A DNA stretch of 64,000 nucleotides, taken from assembly GCA_030264375.1 (NCBI GenBank), contig JASCQW010000160.1, forward strand, positions 16,744,839 to 16,808,838. The letters run 5' to 3'. This document shows, one piece after another, positions 53,481-64,000 of this stretch (positions within the stretch are counted from its first letter, which is position 1; every line of letters begins with the position of its first letter). The translations under genes were made by a program, and so were the position numbers. Below the pieces are notes generated by a model that saw nothing but the letters and a program-made list of their open reading frames with translations, searched no databases and had not been told where the DNA came from. The stretch comes from Carcharhinus longimanus (Eukaryota).

Positions 53481-53930
53481 GATGCCCAAGTGGAACACCA
53501 AAGGTCCCCAGTATTGGCCACCAGGCATCTTGGTAGTGGCCAGACAGCCTGGTGATGCCAATTGGGCCTTCTAGAGTGCCGGGGCAGTCCTGAGGGGGTA
53601 ATGCCTAAGTGGGGGCCATGTCAGGAGGCTCTGACATGGCGGCATACAGGGGAGAGGGTGGACTCAAGCAGGGTTCGACTGTGAAGGCAGTCCTACCGGT
53701 GGGCATGTCGGGTTCCTGATGGGGCCATGTCAAGCATCCAGAGGGCCCCGAAGTCAGTGACCCTTTGGTGAGGGGGCTGAGGGAACATGTTGCATGAGGA
53801 GGAGGGGGATATTCCAATGTCCATGTGGTGAGGGAGGGGTTGCCCAATGCATTCCGAGAGATCGGGGCACCCTTGGAACTAAGTCTCCCCCTACCCCCCC
53901 GCTGCAAAACTCTGAACACCCCAAAAAAAA
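53481..53930. mobile_element. GC-rich DNA-transposon-like relic
   Basis: GC-rich island with ggcac/tgcca motifs similar to 12832-13181. Confidence 0.35.
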
Positions 53931-54149
53931 TGAAAGAATGTGGAAGGATTGTAGTGTTGGACATGCTTGAGACACTTGCACAGATTACATTAATCCATTA
54001 CTCTCACCATTATGACACTCTGAAATTTTTTTTTAAGAAGAATTCTGTCCCCATGTGCTCATTTGGGAGAAGGGCTGCAGTGTTGGACACTGCAGGGAAG
54101 GGAGAGAGAGAGGCTGCAAAAAGGAGCCCATAAATAGAAACAGAAATAG

Positions 54150-54333
54150 AAGAATCATAGAAACCCTACTGCACAGAAAGGCCATCCAGCCCATCGAGTT
54201 TGCACCGACCACAATCCCCCCCCCAGGCTCTACCCTCATATCTCTACATATTTTACCCACTAATCCCTCTAATCTACGCATCTCAGGACACTAAGGGACA
54301 ATTTTAGCATGGCCAATCAACCTAACCCATACA
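54150..54333 (-). mobile_element. HE1-type SINE 3' half
   Basis: aatcatagaaaccctactgcacagaaaggccatccagccc...aattttagcatggccaatcaacctaacc. Confidence 0.8.
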
Positions 54334-56039
54334 TCAACCACATTGCTGTGACTCTGGAGTCACATGGGACAGGCCAAGTAAAGATGGCCTAAAGAACATT
54401 AGTGAATCTGAATATTTTATAAAGCATTTTCAGTACAACTGCAATAAGCTTGAAGCCAATCTTTTGAATTTTACAGCTGAAAAATTTCATTCAGAACATT
54501 CTAGCTTTCTATGGTCAATAAAGACATTACTACACTCTTGGTTCTTCACCAACAATATGAATGTCGTCTAGTCTTTAATAGCAGAACACTAGCAAAAATG
54601 CATAGCTACATGAAGTGCACTTGTATCTTCCAATCTTAAGGTACCCAAATATACAGCCCAATTGCTGTCAGCTGTCGCTGTCCTGCTTTGGTTTCAAACC
54701 AGTCCCCATAGTTCAATATATAATCCAATAAGGGTCTCAACCAGTTGTAACTTCTGTTTCCTTTTGTGTAGGTGGACTGTACATAAAACCAGATTTTCTT
54801 ATTTTATCACTCAGCCTCATCGATAATCGGCTATTTGCTCAGCCCATATTATACAAACAGCATTATCTAAATGAGTATAACCCATGGTAATACAACAGTT
54901 GTCCTCTTGGTTTTTTGTCAGGTGCTGAAATGCTTGAGTCTGTTTGACTGACACATTTGGCAGCACCAAAAATTCATTAATAAAACATTAACTAGTTTAG
55001 AAATAATCTCTCCAGAGCCAACATGCAGCTCTTACATTATTTTATTCCTGTTTTTCCAGTTTCAGGTGGAGTTTACCTATGTTCAGAAAACTGAAATATC
55101 TTAAATTCTTTAGTTACAGAATTGTTGATGGGCAAAAGTTCAACAAATCAATTTAGCAGACATCAAGCACTGTACATTTTTAAAAAGCTCTTCAAGTTTT
55201 GTGTATTATTCTTCCATCTTCCAAAGCTTAAGATGATACAAAAGCATGGAATAAAGCCAGTGAGCTGAAATAAAGTGAATTGAATAAAGTGCCCTGATTT
55301 CTCAGCATTAACTTACCTGAGATCTGAGCAAGTAAAAGCACACACTGTGGAAAATATAAGGAGCAAACTGCATACTATAAGGATGGCTTGATTTCTAAAA
55401 AAAAACATAATACCAACTTTATCACACAAAAGAGAAACATCACAGAGTTGAAATTTGTCATGTCTTTCAGAAAAGTTCCACTAGAACTCTAGCAGAAAGC
55501 TGACAGGAACTCCCAGAAAACCGTGAATATCCAGCTGCACTAGGTGGTTGCCATTTCCAGCAATTTATCTGTCTTTTGCACTATAGGAACAAACCAGTGG
55601 GGTTGAGAATTACAGGATCTTCAGCTCCAGTAACTCTAATCCATTACATGGCAACTGGCAACAAGGGGCAAAACTAGAAAAACTCTAACTTGGGAGTTCC
55701 CAATCATTTCATTCCATTGGATCCTGCTATAAGTTTACAGAGGCCAGTAGCACCAAGTGAGTTAAGGCATACAACATTCAGCAGAAAAATACGTTTTCAT
55801 GAGTGTGGGATCCACCCCACTTCCCTTCTACAACAATAAATTGGAGATGCACTTGAAATAGTACAAGGAAAATGCCACATCGCAATGAAATGCCTTTATT
55901 CTTAACTGTACAATGGGATCTTTGCAAAAAACATAGAAATGACAAGATCTGAAAATGAGATTGCAACTATAGATTTTCATTAACTTTACTCCCTTATAAA
56001 AACCCTTATTTTTAAATATGAATTTTTGTCCTTTTATAA

Positions 56040-58620
56040 TAAATATATGGGATGTGGGCATCACTGGCCCCAGCATTTATTGCCAATCTCTAATTGTTTT
56101 TGAGCTGGTTAGCTGCCTTTTTGCACTTCTGCACTCCACATGCTGTAGGTACACCCACAGTGCTGTTAGAGATGGAGTTCCAGGATTTTGACCCAGTGTG
56201 TAAAGAAACGGTGATGTATTTCCAAGTTAGGATGGTGAGTGACTTGAAGGGGAACCTCCAAAGTGGTGGTGTTCCCAGGTATCTTCTGCTTTTGTTCTTC
56301 TGGATGGTAGTGGTCATGGATTAGGAAGCTGCTGCCAAAGGAGCCTTGGTGCGTTCCTACAGTATATTTTGCTGCCACTGTTCGTCAGTGGTGGAGGGAT
56401 TGAATGCTTATCGAAGGGGACAAATCCTGGATGATGTTGATTTCCTCGAGTGTTGTTGGACTCATCTGGGCAAGGATAGAGTACTCCTGACTTGTGCCTT
56501 GTAAATGATGGACAGGCTTTGGGGAGTCAGGTGGTGAGATACTCACTGCAGGATTCCTAGCCTCTGACTTGCTCTTGAAGCCACAGTACTTACATGGCTA
56601 ATCCAACTCAGTTTCTGGCAAATTGTAACCCTCAGGTTGTAGATAATGGGGGATTCAGCAATGGCAATGCTATTGTCTGTCAAGGGATGATGGTTAGATT
56701 CTTTCTTGTTGGAGGTGGTCATTGCCTGGCACCTGTGTGGCACAAGCTGATGAATGGCAATGAGATGATTGACCTCCAAGCACCACAACCATCTTCCTTT
56801 GCGCCAGGGATTCCCCTCCCCACTCCGCCAATTCCTATTGATTTAGTTTTTCTAGGACTCCTTGATGCCTGTCAAATGCTGCCTTGCTGTCACGAGCAGT
56901 CACTCTCACCTCCATAATTCAGTTCTATGTTTGAACCATGGCTGTAATGATGAGCCCTTCCATCAATTAACTGATGATTAAGAGTGGACTGGTGGGGCAG
57001 CAATTGTCCAGATTATATTTTTACTATTAAGTGTGTAAAAGACAAAGCTGGACCGTTTTACAATTTGCTGGGTAGATGCCGGTGTTATAGTTGCATTGAA
57101 TAGCTTGGCTAGGGTTGCAGCAAATTCTGAAGCACAAGTCTTCAGGACTGTTGCCAGGATATTTCAGGGCCTGTAGATTCTATCCAAACAATCAATAAAA
57201 GAGATCAATCCTGATTCAATGATGAGTGTAGAAGGACATGACAGAAGAGGCATTTTTAAAAACAAGGTGTCAACCTGGTGAAGCTATAACACAGGCTACT
57301 GCATGCTGAACAAGTACTACTACAACAGTGGCATCCACCTGATAATGTGGAAAATTGCCCGGGTATGCCCTGTACAGTATGCATTGTCTTGAGCCATTCC
57401 TTGCTGTCACACTGAGTGAATCAAATTGGAAGAAAACTGACATCTGTGATGCTGGGGATCCCCAGAAGAAGCAGAAATGGGTCATCCACTCAACCTTTGT
57501 GGAGTCTCATTTTCCAGTTTAACTGTCCAAAGCCATTCATGATTGGATGTGGCAGGACTGCAAAGCTTAGATCTGATCTGTTGGTTATGGAATTGCTTAA
57601 TTCTATTATTCGTTGCTCACGCTGTTTGGTATGCAAGTAGCCCTGTGTTGTATCTTCACAAAGTTGACACCTAATTTTTAGTCATGCTTGGTGTTGCTTC
57701 TGGAATGCCTTCCTACAATCTTCATTGGATCAGTGTTGACCCCCTAGCTTCGTGCTAATGGCAGAGTGGGAGATGTGTCAGGCATGAAGTTACAGATTGT
57801 GGTTGTATACAATTGTGCTGCTGCTGATGGTCCAGTGCTTCAGCGATGCCCACATTTGAGTTGCTATATGTGTTCAAGGTCTATCCCATCTGGCACATTG
57901 GAAGTGTCACACAATTATCCTCAATGAGAAGACAGGACTTTGACTCCATAAGGCCTGTGTGGTGGACATTCCTACCAAAACTGGCACGGACAGATGCATC
58001 TGCAGTAGGCAGGCCGAGATCATGTATTCCCTTCTTGTCAGTTTCTCTCACTTCACTGAAGATCCATTTTATTTCCTGTGAATCCAGACAGTTAGCTTGG
58101 TGTGAGGAATACTACCGAACCACTCACTGGTGGACATTCAAGTCCCCTACCCAGAGCACATTCTGCATCATTGCCACCCTCAGTGCTTCCTTCAAATGGT
58201 TTCAACATGAATGAGTACTGATTCATCAACTGAGGGCAGACAGTACATTACAATCAGTTCCCTTGCCATGCTTGACCTGATGCCATGAGGCAACATGGGG
58301 TCCAGAGTTGATGAGTACTCCCAAGCTAACTCTGTCCTGACTGTATACCACAGTACCACCACCTCACTGGATCTGTCCTGCCATTGGGACAGGACATGCT
58401 CAGGAATGGTAATGGCGCCGTCTAGGAAATTATCTGTAAGATACGATTCTGTGACAAGGATTGTGTCAGGCTACTGCTGGACTAGTTGATGAGACAGCAA
58501 TCTTAGCACAAGACCCCCCCAGGAAAAGGACTTTGCAAGGTCAACGGGGCCAGGTTTGCCATCGTAATTTCCAATGCCTAGGTCAATGCTGGGTAGTTCC
58601 TCTATTTTCATTCCTTTTTG
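56040..58620 (-). mobile_element. Decayed CR1/L2-group LINE (same family as 15705-17700) with internal rearrangement
   Basis: Reverse 3' tail gggatgtgggcatcactggccccagcatttattgcc at 56049. RT/endonuclease-region homology extends to about 58600 (e.g. ggggacttgaatgtccaccagtgagtgg on the minus strand). Confidence 0.8.
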
Positions 58621-58679
58621 TTGTCTTCCTAGCAGTTGGATATAACTTGCTAGATAATTTCAGAGGCATTTTAAAGTAA

Positions 58680-58937
58680 ATCATATTACTGTGGGTCTGG
58701 AATCCCACGAAGGCCAGGCAAGGATGAAGGTTTCCTTCCCTGAAAGACGTTCATGAACAAGATGGGTTTTTATGGCAATCAACAATCGTTTCATGGTCAT
58801 CATTAAACTTTTAATTCTAGATATTTATTGATTTCAAATTCCACCCCTGCTGTGGTGAGATTCGAACCCATGTCCCCACAGCATGACCTGAGTCTCTGGA
58901 TTACTAGCCCAGCAACAATAACACTGTGCCACCACCT
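58680..58937 (-). mobile_element. tRNA-derived SINE
   Basis: Reverse B box gattcgaaccc; tctctggattactag...acactgtgccacc head. Confidence 0.75.
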
Positions 58938-60499
58938 CCAACAATGCATGCATGTCACTCCCAACACTCCTGATCAGATGGAGTATACAAAAAGACTAAA
59001 TTTTCCTATCAATGCTTTTTCAACTCCAACTTCTGTTTCCCGTTTTGAGTTTGATAATCTGTGGTAAATTGCATGCTATTTTGAGTTATGGACTCTTCAC
59101 TGTTAGGAAATAGATTAAGATTATGCAATGCTTTTTCCTTCACTTCTTCTTCACTGACTTTGAATTCAGAGTCCAATTGTGAAAGGTTATTGTATTATTT
59201 GGTGGCCAATAACCATTTCTTATAAAAAAACTTAAAGATTCATATTTTTACTATGTTCTTTTATTCTTATATATGATTTTGAGCGCCTTCCAAAACCTAC
59301 TTTCTTCTCATTCAGTAGAATCACTCAGTTAGTTGAGATACAAATGTGTTGATAGTATTGCAGAATAACACTGGTTGCTCAATGAGCAGGAACAGTAACC
59401 ATTAGCAGATGACAAAGATAATATGATGGGAATAAACATCAACGGTGACTTTTTTTAAAAATGTTAGATAACTTATTTGAAATACAGTTTCAGTTTACAA
59501 ACTGACAGTGAAACTGCTCTGCATGATAAAAAAAATCCCTGACAGAAAGTTTTCTTATCTTGAAAAAGGAAGCAAGTCATTAAATATTAAGGGAAGCATA
59601 TCAAACAATCAGTAGTTTGAAACATTAAATGCACTTCACTGATATTTTAGTATGCATGCATGACCAAATTAAAAAGCGACTAAATCTAGATACACATGTA
59701 AGATGTTTTTCATTTCACTATATTGACATGGAATTATAAATGAACATCAAATCTAAGTTTCACAGGAGATGTAAAGGTGTTGACAAGTTTTGGACAGTCT
59801 CAATTAGCTATATTGATTGATTTATCAATATGAACATCTTCGAGGTCATATTAATGGTGATGGAATTAGCTCTTTCAAACAGCTGGCCCAGGCATGATAG
59901 CTCAAATGACCTCTCTGGAGCTGTAAGATGTGATTATTGTAAAGAACACAAATTACATTTTAGTGGGAACTCAGAAATAAGCATTTTACTTTCATACACT
60001 GTCAACTGGCTGTTCAAGCACAAAAACTGTAAGCACCAAAACTGTAAGCACCATCACCAATCTGACATTTTCATGTCAAACAGGTAAGCTTTATTCTCAC
60101 TTCCAAATAATAGATGGTGTCACAATGCTGTCATCAAATTAATTGGTACCACCAGAGCCTCACTTTATTTTTTTGAAATGAGAAATACTTCAAGGAAACC
60201 ATTCTTTGTTATTATTGCAAGAAGTTGCCAGTTTCCTTTGCTTTTCTCCCTCTTTAATCTCATTATTATTAAGACAGTAATGATGGAATTTCAAAAGTAG
60301 ACTATTGCATTACCATTTAAGCTTTTCAGCCCACCTTCTCTCTTGTCAGGCAGATTAAAAACATGTGTTATTATAAATTGTTTCAAAGAAGAAAAATAAT
60401 GTTCATTTACTTTTCCCTGCCAAGCTATGAAAAGTACATTATCAACTAAAATTTATTTTCTTTCTATTGCTGTTATTTTACTAAGGAATGAGCTTCCAA

Positions 60500-60600
60500 A
60501 TAGTAGCATAGTGGTTATATTACTGGATGAGGCGCCTGGATGAATGATCCAAAGGCACAATTTCAAATCTCATTGTGGAAGTTGGGGAACTTAAATTCAG
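60500..60600 (+). mobile_element. SINE head fragment
   Basis: tagcatagtggttatattactgga...tgatccaaaggc...ttcaaatctca. Confidence 0.5.
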
Positions 60601-60689
60601 TTCATCTTTAGCTGTTCAGTCAATGACAATCAGCAGATCAAAAATTAGGATGTCACTGCTGATTGCAAAGTCTTCAGTTCCAGTAACAA

Positions 60690-60890
60690 GGAAAAGTATA
60701 TGCATTTATATAGTATCTTTAACATACTAAAATGTTCCAAGGTGCCTCATGGAGACATTATAGTCACACAAAGAAATATTAGAACAAGACCACCAAAAAT
60801 TCTGTCAATGAAGTGGATTTAAGGAGTAAGGATAAAAGAAGCAGATAGACTTTGAGAGGAAATTCCAGAGCTAGGCAGATGAAGGCATGG
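60690..60890 (-). mobile_element. L2 3' end
   Basis: tgcatttatatagtatctttaacatactaaaatgttccaaggtgc. Confidence 0.55.
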
Positions 60891-60919
60891 CCAGAATTCT
60901 TCATATAACGAAGCAGTCC

Positions 60920-61380
60920 ATGCTGGTATGCAGCAAAACTTGGACAAATTTCAGGCCTGAGCTGAAAAGTGGCAAGTAACATTTGTATACCGCAAGTGCA
61001 GGAAAGGATAATCTATCAACAAGGGAAGGTCTGACCACCTCCGCATGACATTCAACATCATTACCATCATTGAATCCCTATCAATGTCCTGGGGTCACCA
61101 CTGACCAGGAACTTAACTGGACCAACCACATAAATACTATGGCTACAAGAGCAAAGGCTAGCAATTTTGCTGCAACTAATTCACTTCCTGTCTCCCAATC
61201 TACTACCATCAAAAAGCACAGGTCAGAAATGTGAAGGAAAACTCTCCACTTGTCTGGATGGGTGCAGCACCAATAACACTCAAAACGCTTGACATCATCC
61301 AGGAAAAAGTAGCTTTCTTGACTGCCACTCAGCCACCACTTTGAGTACTCACTCCCTCCACTACATGCAAGCATACCATC
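60920..61380 (+). mobile_element. CR1/L2-group LINE fragment
   Basis: gctgaaaagtggcaagtaacattt...cctggggtcaccactgaccaggaacttaactggacc is homologous to 16740-17110. Confidence 0.8.
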
Positions 61381-63229
61381 CATCACAGGCCAATCCAATC
61401 TACAAGTGTGCACACGTGTGTACATTTCCATTTTTTTCTCAGACACAGGACCAAAGGAGCAAATTTCAGAAGGATACAGTTAGCATATCATTAAATATGA
61501 ATTTCAAAAAAGTTAAGTATGAAGAGAAACAACTTACTGAGCAGAAATAGAGCAACACTGGAACAATAACTTTATAATTTAAAAATTGGTTCCCATTGGA
61601 ATATGAGAAGGTCAGATGCACATATTCTCTTTCTCTCTCTCTCAAACATATCCTGACAGCGAGTGTCTTTGTCTCTCCCCTCACCAAGGTTGTCAGCCAG
61701 CCTCTTCCCAAACTCCAGGTTTTGGAGCCTCTCTCTTTCCCTGGGCCCCAATACTACCTTCTCTCTTAGCACTCAACATACTCACCATCATCTGTGTTCT
61801 ATGTATCGCCAATCAGAGACTGCTTCTCTCCCAGCAAACTTACCCTTCTAACTGTCATTTTGAATAGTGGCTCTGGTGGCCACGTAGAATGGCTTCTGGG
61901 TCCACAATCCAACCCATATGCTGTGGCTGGACTAGCCTGATCTGCAAGATACACTGCAGCAACTTGATGAAATATCTTTGGGAGCTCCTCCAAAAGCAAT
62001 TACTTCCAGCACCTGGAAGGACATGCATTAGAATACCATCATCTCCGAGTTTCTCACCAGCCTGGCTTTGAAATATACTGCTGTTCCTTCATTGTTGCTG
62101 GTTCAAAATTGTGGAATTCTCTCCCAACAGAGACCCGTCACCAACTTAGTCCGTAAAAAAGAAAGTCCCACCCATAGAAACCTCAGATTCAGGAGCGTGA
62201 AGAGCGGGATGCAAATTCTGATGTTCCTACTCCCCCAAAATATCCACATTAGATCTATCCTAAGTATCAAAATCTCTGTTAAATTCTCACGAGTAAAGAA
62301 AGAAATTACAGTTGCCAACCTTAACAACAAGAAAATATCTGTAAAAGAAAATGCAAGCCCTATGGTATTAAGACTTTTTCTAAACGAATTGTAGCCTCTC
62401 AATCCCTTTGGGTACTATTTTCTGTCTAAAATAAATTTGCACGCTTAGTTTTATTTGCTATGTTTATTTGACTCATCCTTTCTGTTCTTAGATATTAGGA
62501 ATGCCACAGGGGCTCTATTATAACACAATGCTGCTTCAGATNNNNNNNNNNATACAAATGAGACCCATTTTCCAAGTTTATCATAAGTAATGTGGTTCAT
62601 TAATTTTATAATATCAACAGTAGAGCCTGAAGTTTTTCATCCTTGCCAACGGATTTTAAAAAAAGCTAAGAATTTCCTTTGACTCCCAGTCTAATTTATG
62701 TATCTATATTCATAAGATATCCTTTACCAAACCATTTACAATAGCCACAATAATCAACATTGTAGCTGCCAAAATACTTAACATCTGCATCAAGGTTGAA
62801 GTCATTGGTTCAAAACTTCATCTGTAGATTATCCAGAGACAGGAAGGTTTGTTCTCAGGCCTCCACCTCACCAGCCAAAAAGGTGTCATTTTAAATGGCA
62901 TATTTTCGCACAAGAATCGCTAACCTACCCACCTTCCTTCTGAGTGCCCTCCCTAGCCTGCCTTGCATTCCTGCAAAACTCACCCTCAAGATATTTACAA
63001 CAGCACTTTCAAACTCCTAACCATATAGTCCTTCACATTTCTGCAGCTAGCATTGTGTGCAATCAAAGCTTTACCTCCACCTTTGATACCCTTGTTCCCA
63101 TTAAAATGATTATGCTCTCTTACCCTGGTCTTTCCCTCACTAGAGGCCTCAGCTCTGTTTGTTCAAGTCCAAGGGACATAAACTTAAATATTTATGGTGG
63201 ACAAGATGTTTAGTCATTCACCCTCTGTT

Positions 63230-64000
63230 TTGGCTGGACCACGTAAAGCTCAAATCAGGTCCTGCTCACTATTCCAGAATCACCAGGCAATGCAAAGATA
63301 ACCCACAATTTCTCTTCTCTATGATAAACTACCATCTTANNNNNNNNNNNNNNNNNNNNNNNNNNNNNNNNNNNNNNNNNNNNNNNNNNNNNNNNNNNNN
63401 NNNNNNNNNNNNNNNNNNNNNNNNNNNNNNNNNNNNNNNCCCTTCACCTCCAAAATGTGTTAAGCTCTCAAACTTCTTTATCACTAAGACTGAGACCAGA
63501 CTCAAAGCTGCCTCTACCTTTTCCCACCCTTCCCTTAGCTCAAGTCAAATCTTCTCTAAGGTTTCCTCTTGTCCTAAACTTGTATCTTCCTCTTATTTCG
63601 TAGCCATCCTCCAGAAGGCCCCCTCTCAGCTCACCTTCTGCTTTCGGCCCTATTTCTCTACAAGCTGCTGATCACTAAACTTCTCTTCTTGTCTGCACGC
63701 TAGCTTACGTTATTAATGGTTCCTTAACCTCAAGTACTTCCTCCTCACCTTCAAATCTATTATCACCACCAACAATCCAATTCCCAGATGGATTAATGAA
63801 GTGCTTTTGTGCAGTTGTGTATATGCTGTAGTTTAAAGGGGTCAAATTATACATATATGCAAGTTTCAGGTTGGTGCATGACCCACAGCTTGAAAGTAAC
63901 ATTGATCACTTTCCTCTCAGAAAAGAGAAGACTTGACTGCTCTATCCTTGTAAACTATTGTCCCTTTCTCCAACCTCCCTTTCCTCACCAACGTCCTTGT
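63230..64000 (+). mobile_element. Decayed L2 LINE ORF2 fragment
   Basis: HYSRI...KDNPQFLFSMINY, FFITKTE and ctctatccttgtaaactattgtcccttttctccaacctccctttcctc (DPxxLxNYRPISNLPFLS-like). Confidence 0.65.

Overview
Vertebrate, non-microbial DNA from a draft assembly with many N gaps. The repeat content (V-SINE/HE1-type tRNA SINEs, HER1/CR1 and L2-group LINEs, Penelope-derived hammerhead palindromes, Harbinger relics) points to a cartilaginous fish, most likely a shark. Most of the window reads as intron of a minus-strand gene. One clear coding exon of that gene is present: the first coding exon of the long N-terminal isoform of GRAMD1B/Aster-B (39745-40085, minus strand). Unexpectedly, two intact spliceable BEACH-domain exons of WDFY3/ALFY lie on the opposite (+) strand at 20031-20122 and 20838-21050. 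What looks like the next WDFY3 exon breaks off after three codons (LFK) at about 23797. This suggests an approximately 4.4 kb intron-containing WDFY3 fragment copied into a GRAMD1B intron. Other notable structures: a roughly 300 bp near-identical inverted repeat (50275-50576 / 51466-51764) enclosing a decayed Harbinger transposase fragment, a palindromic pair of Penelope-type hammerhead ribozyme cores (43910-43984), and a duplicated LxxP-x-I-x-I(T/S)...W...polybasic module in the GRAMD1B N-terminus. Most short ORFs in the supplied track are repeat-derived or spurious. Gene identities come from my recall of protein sequences, not from a database search, and repeat boundaries are approximate.
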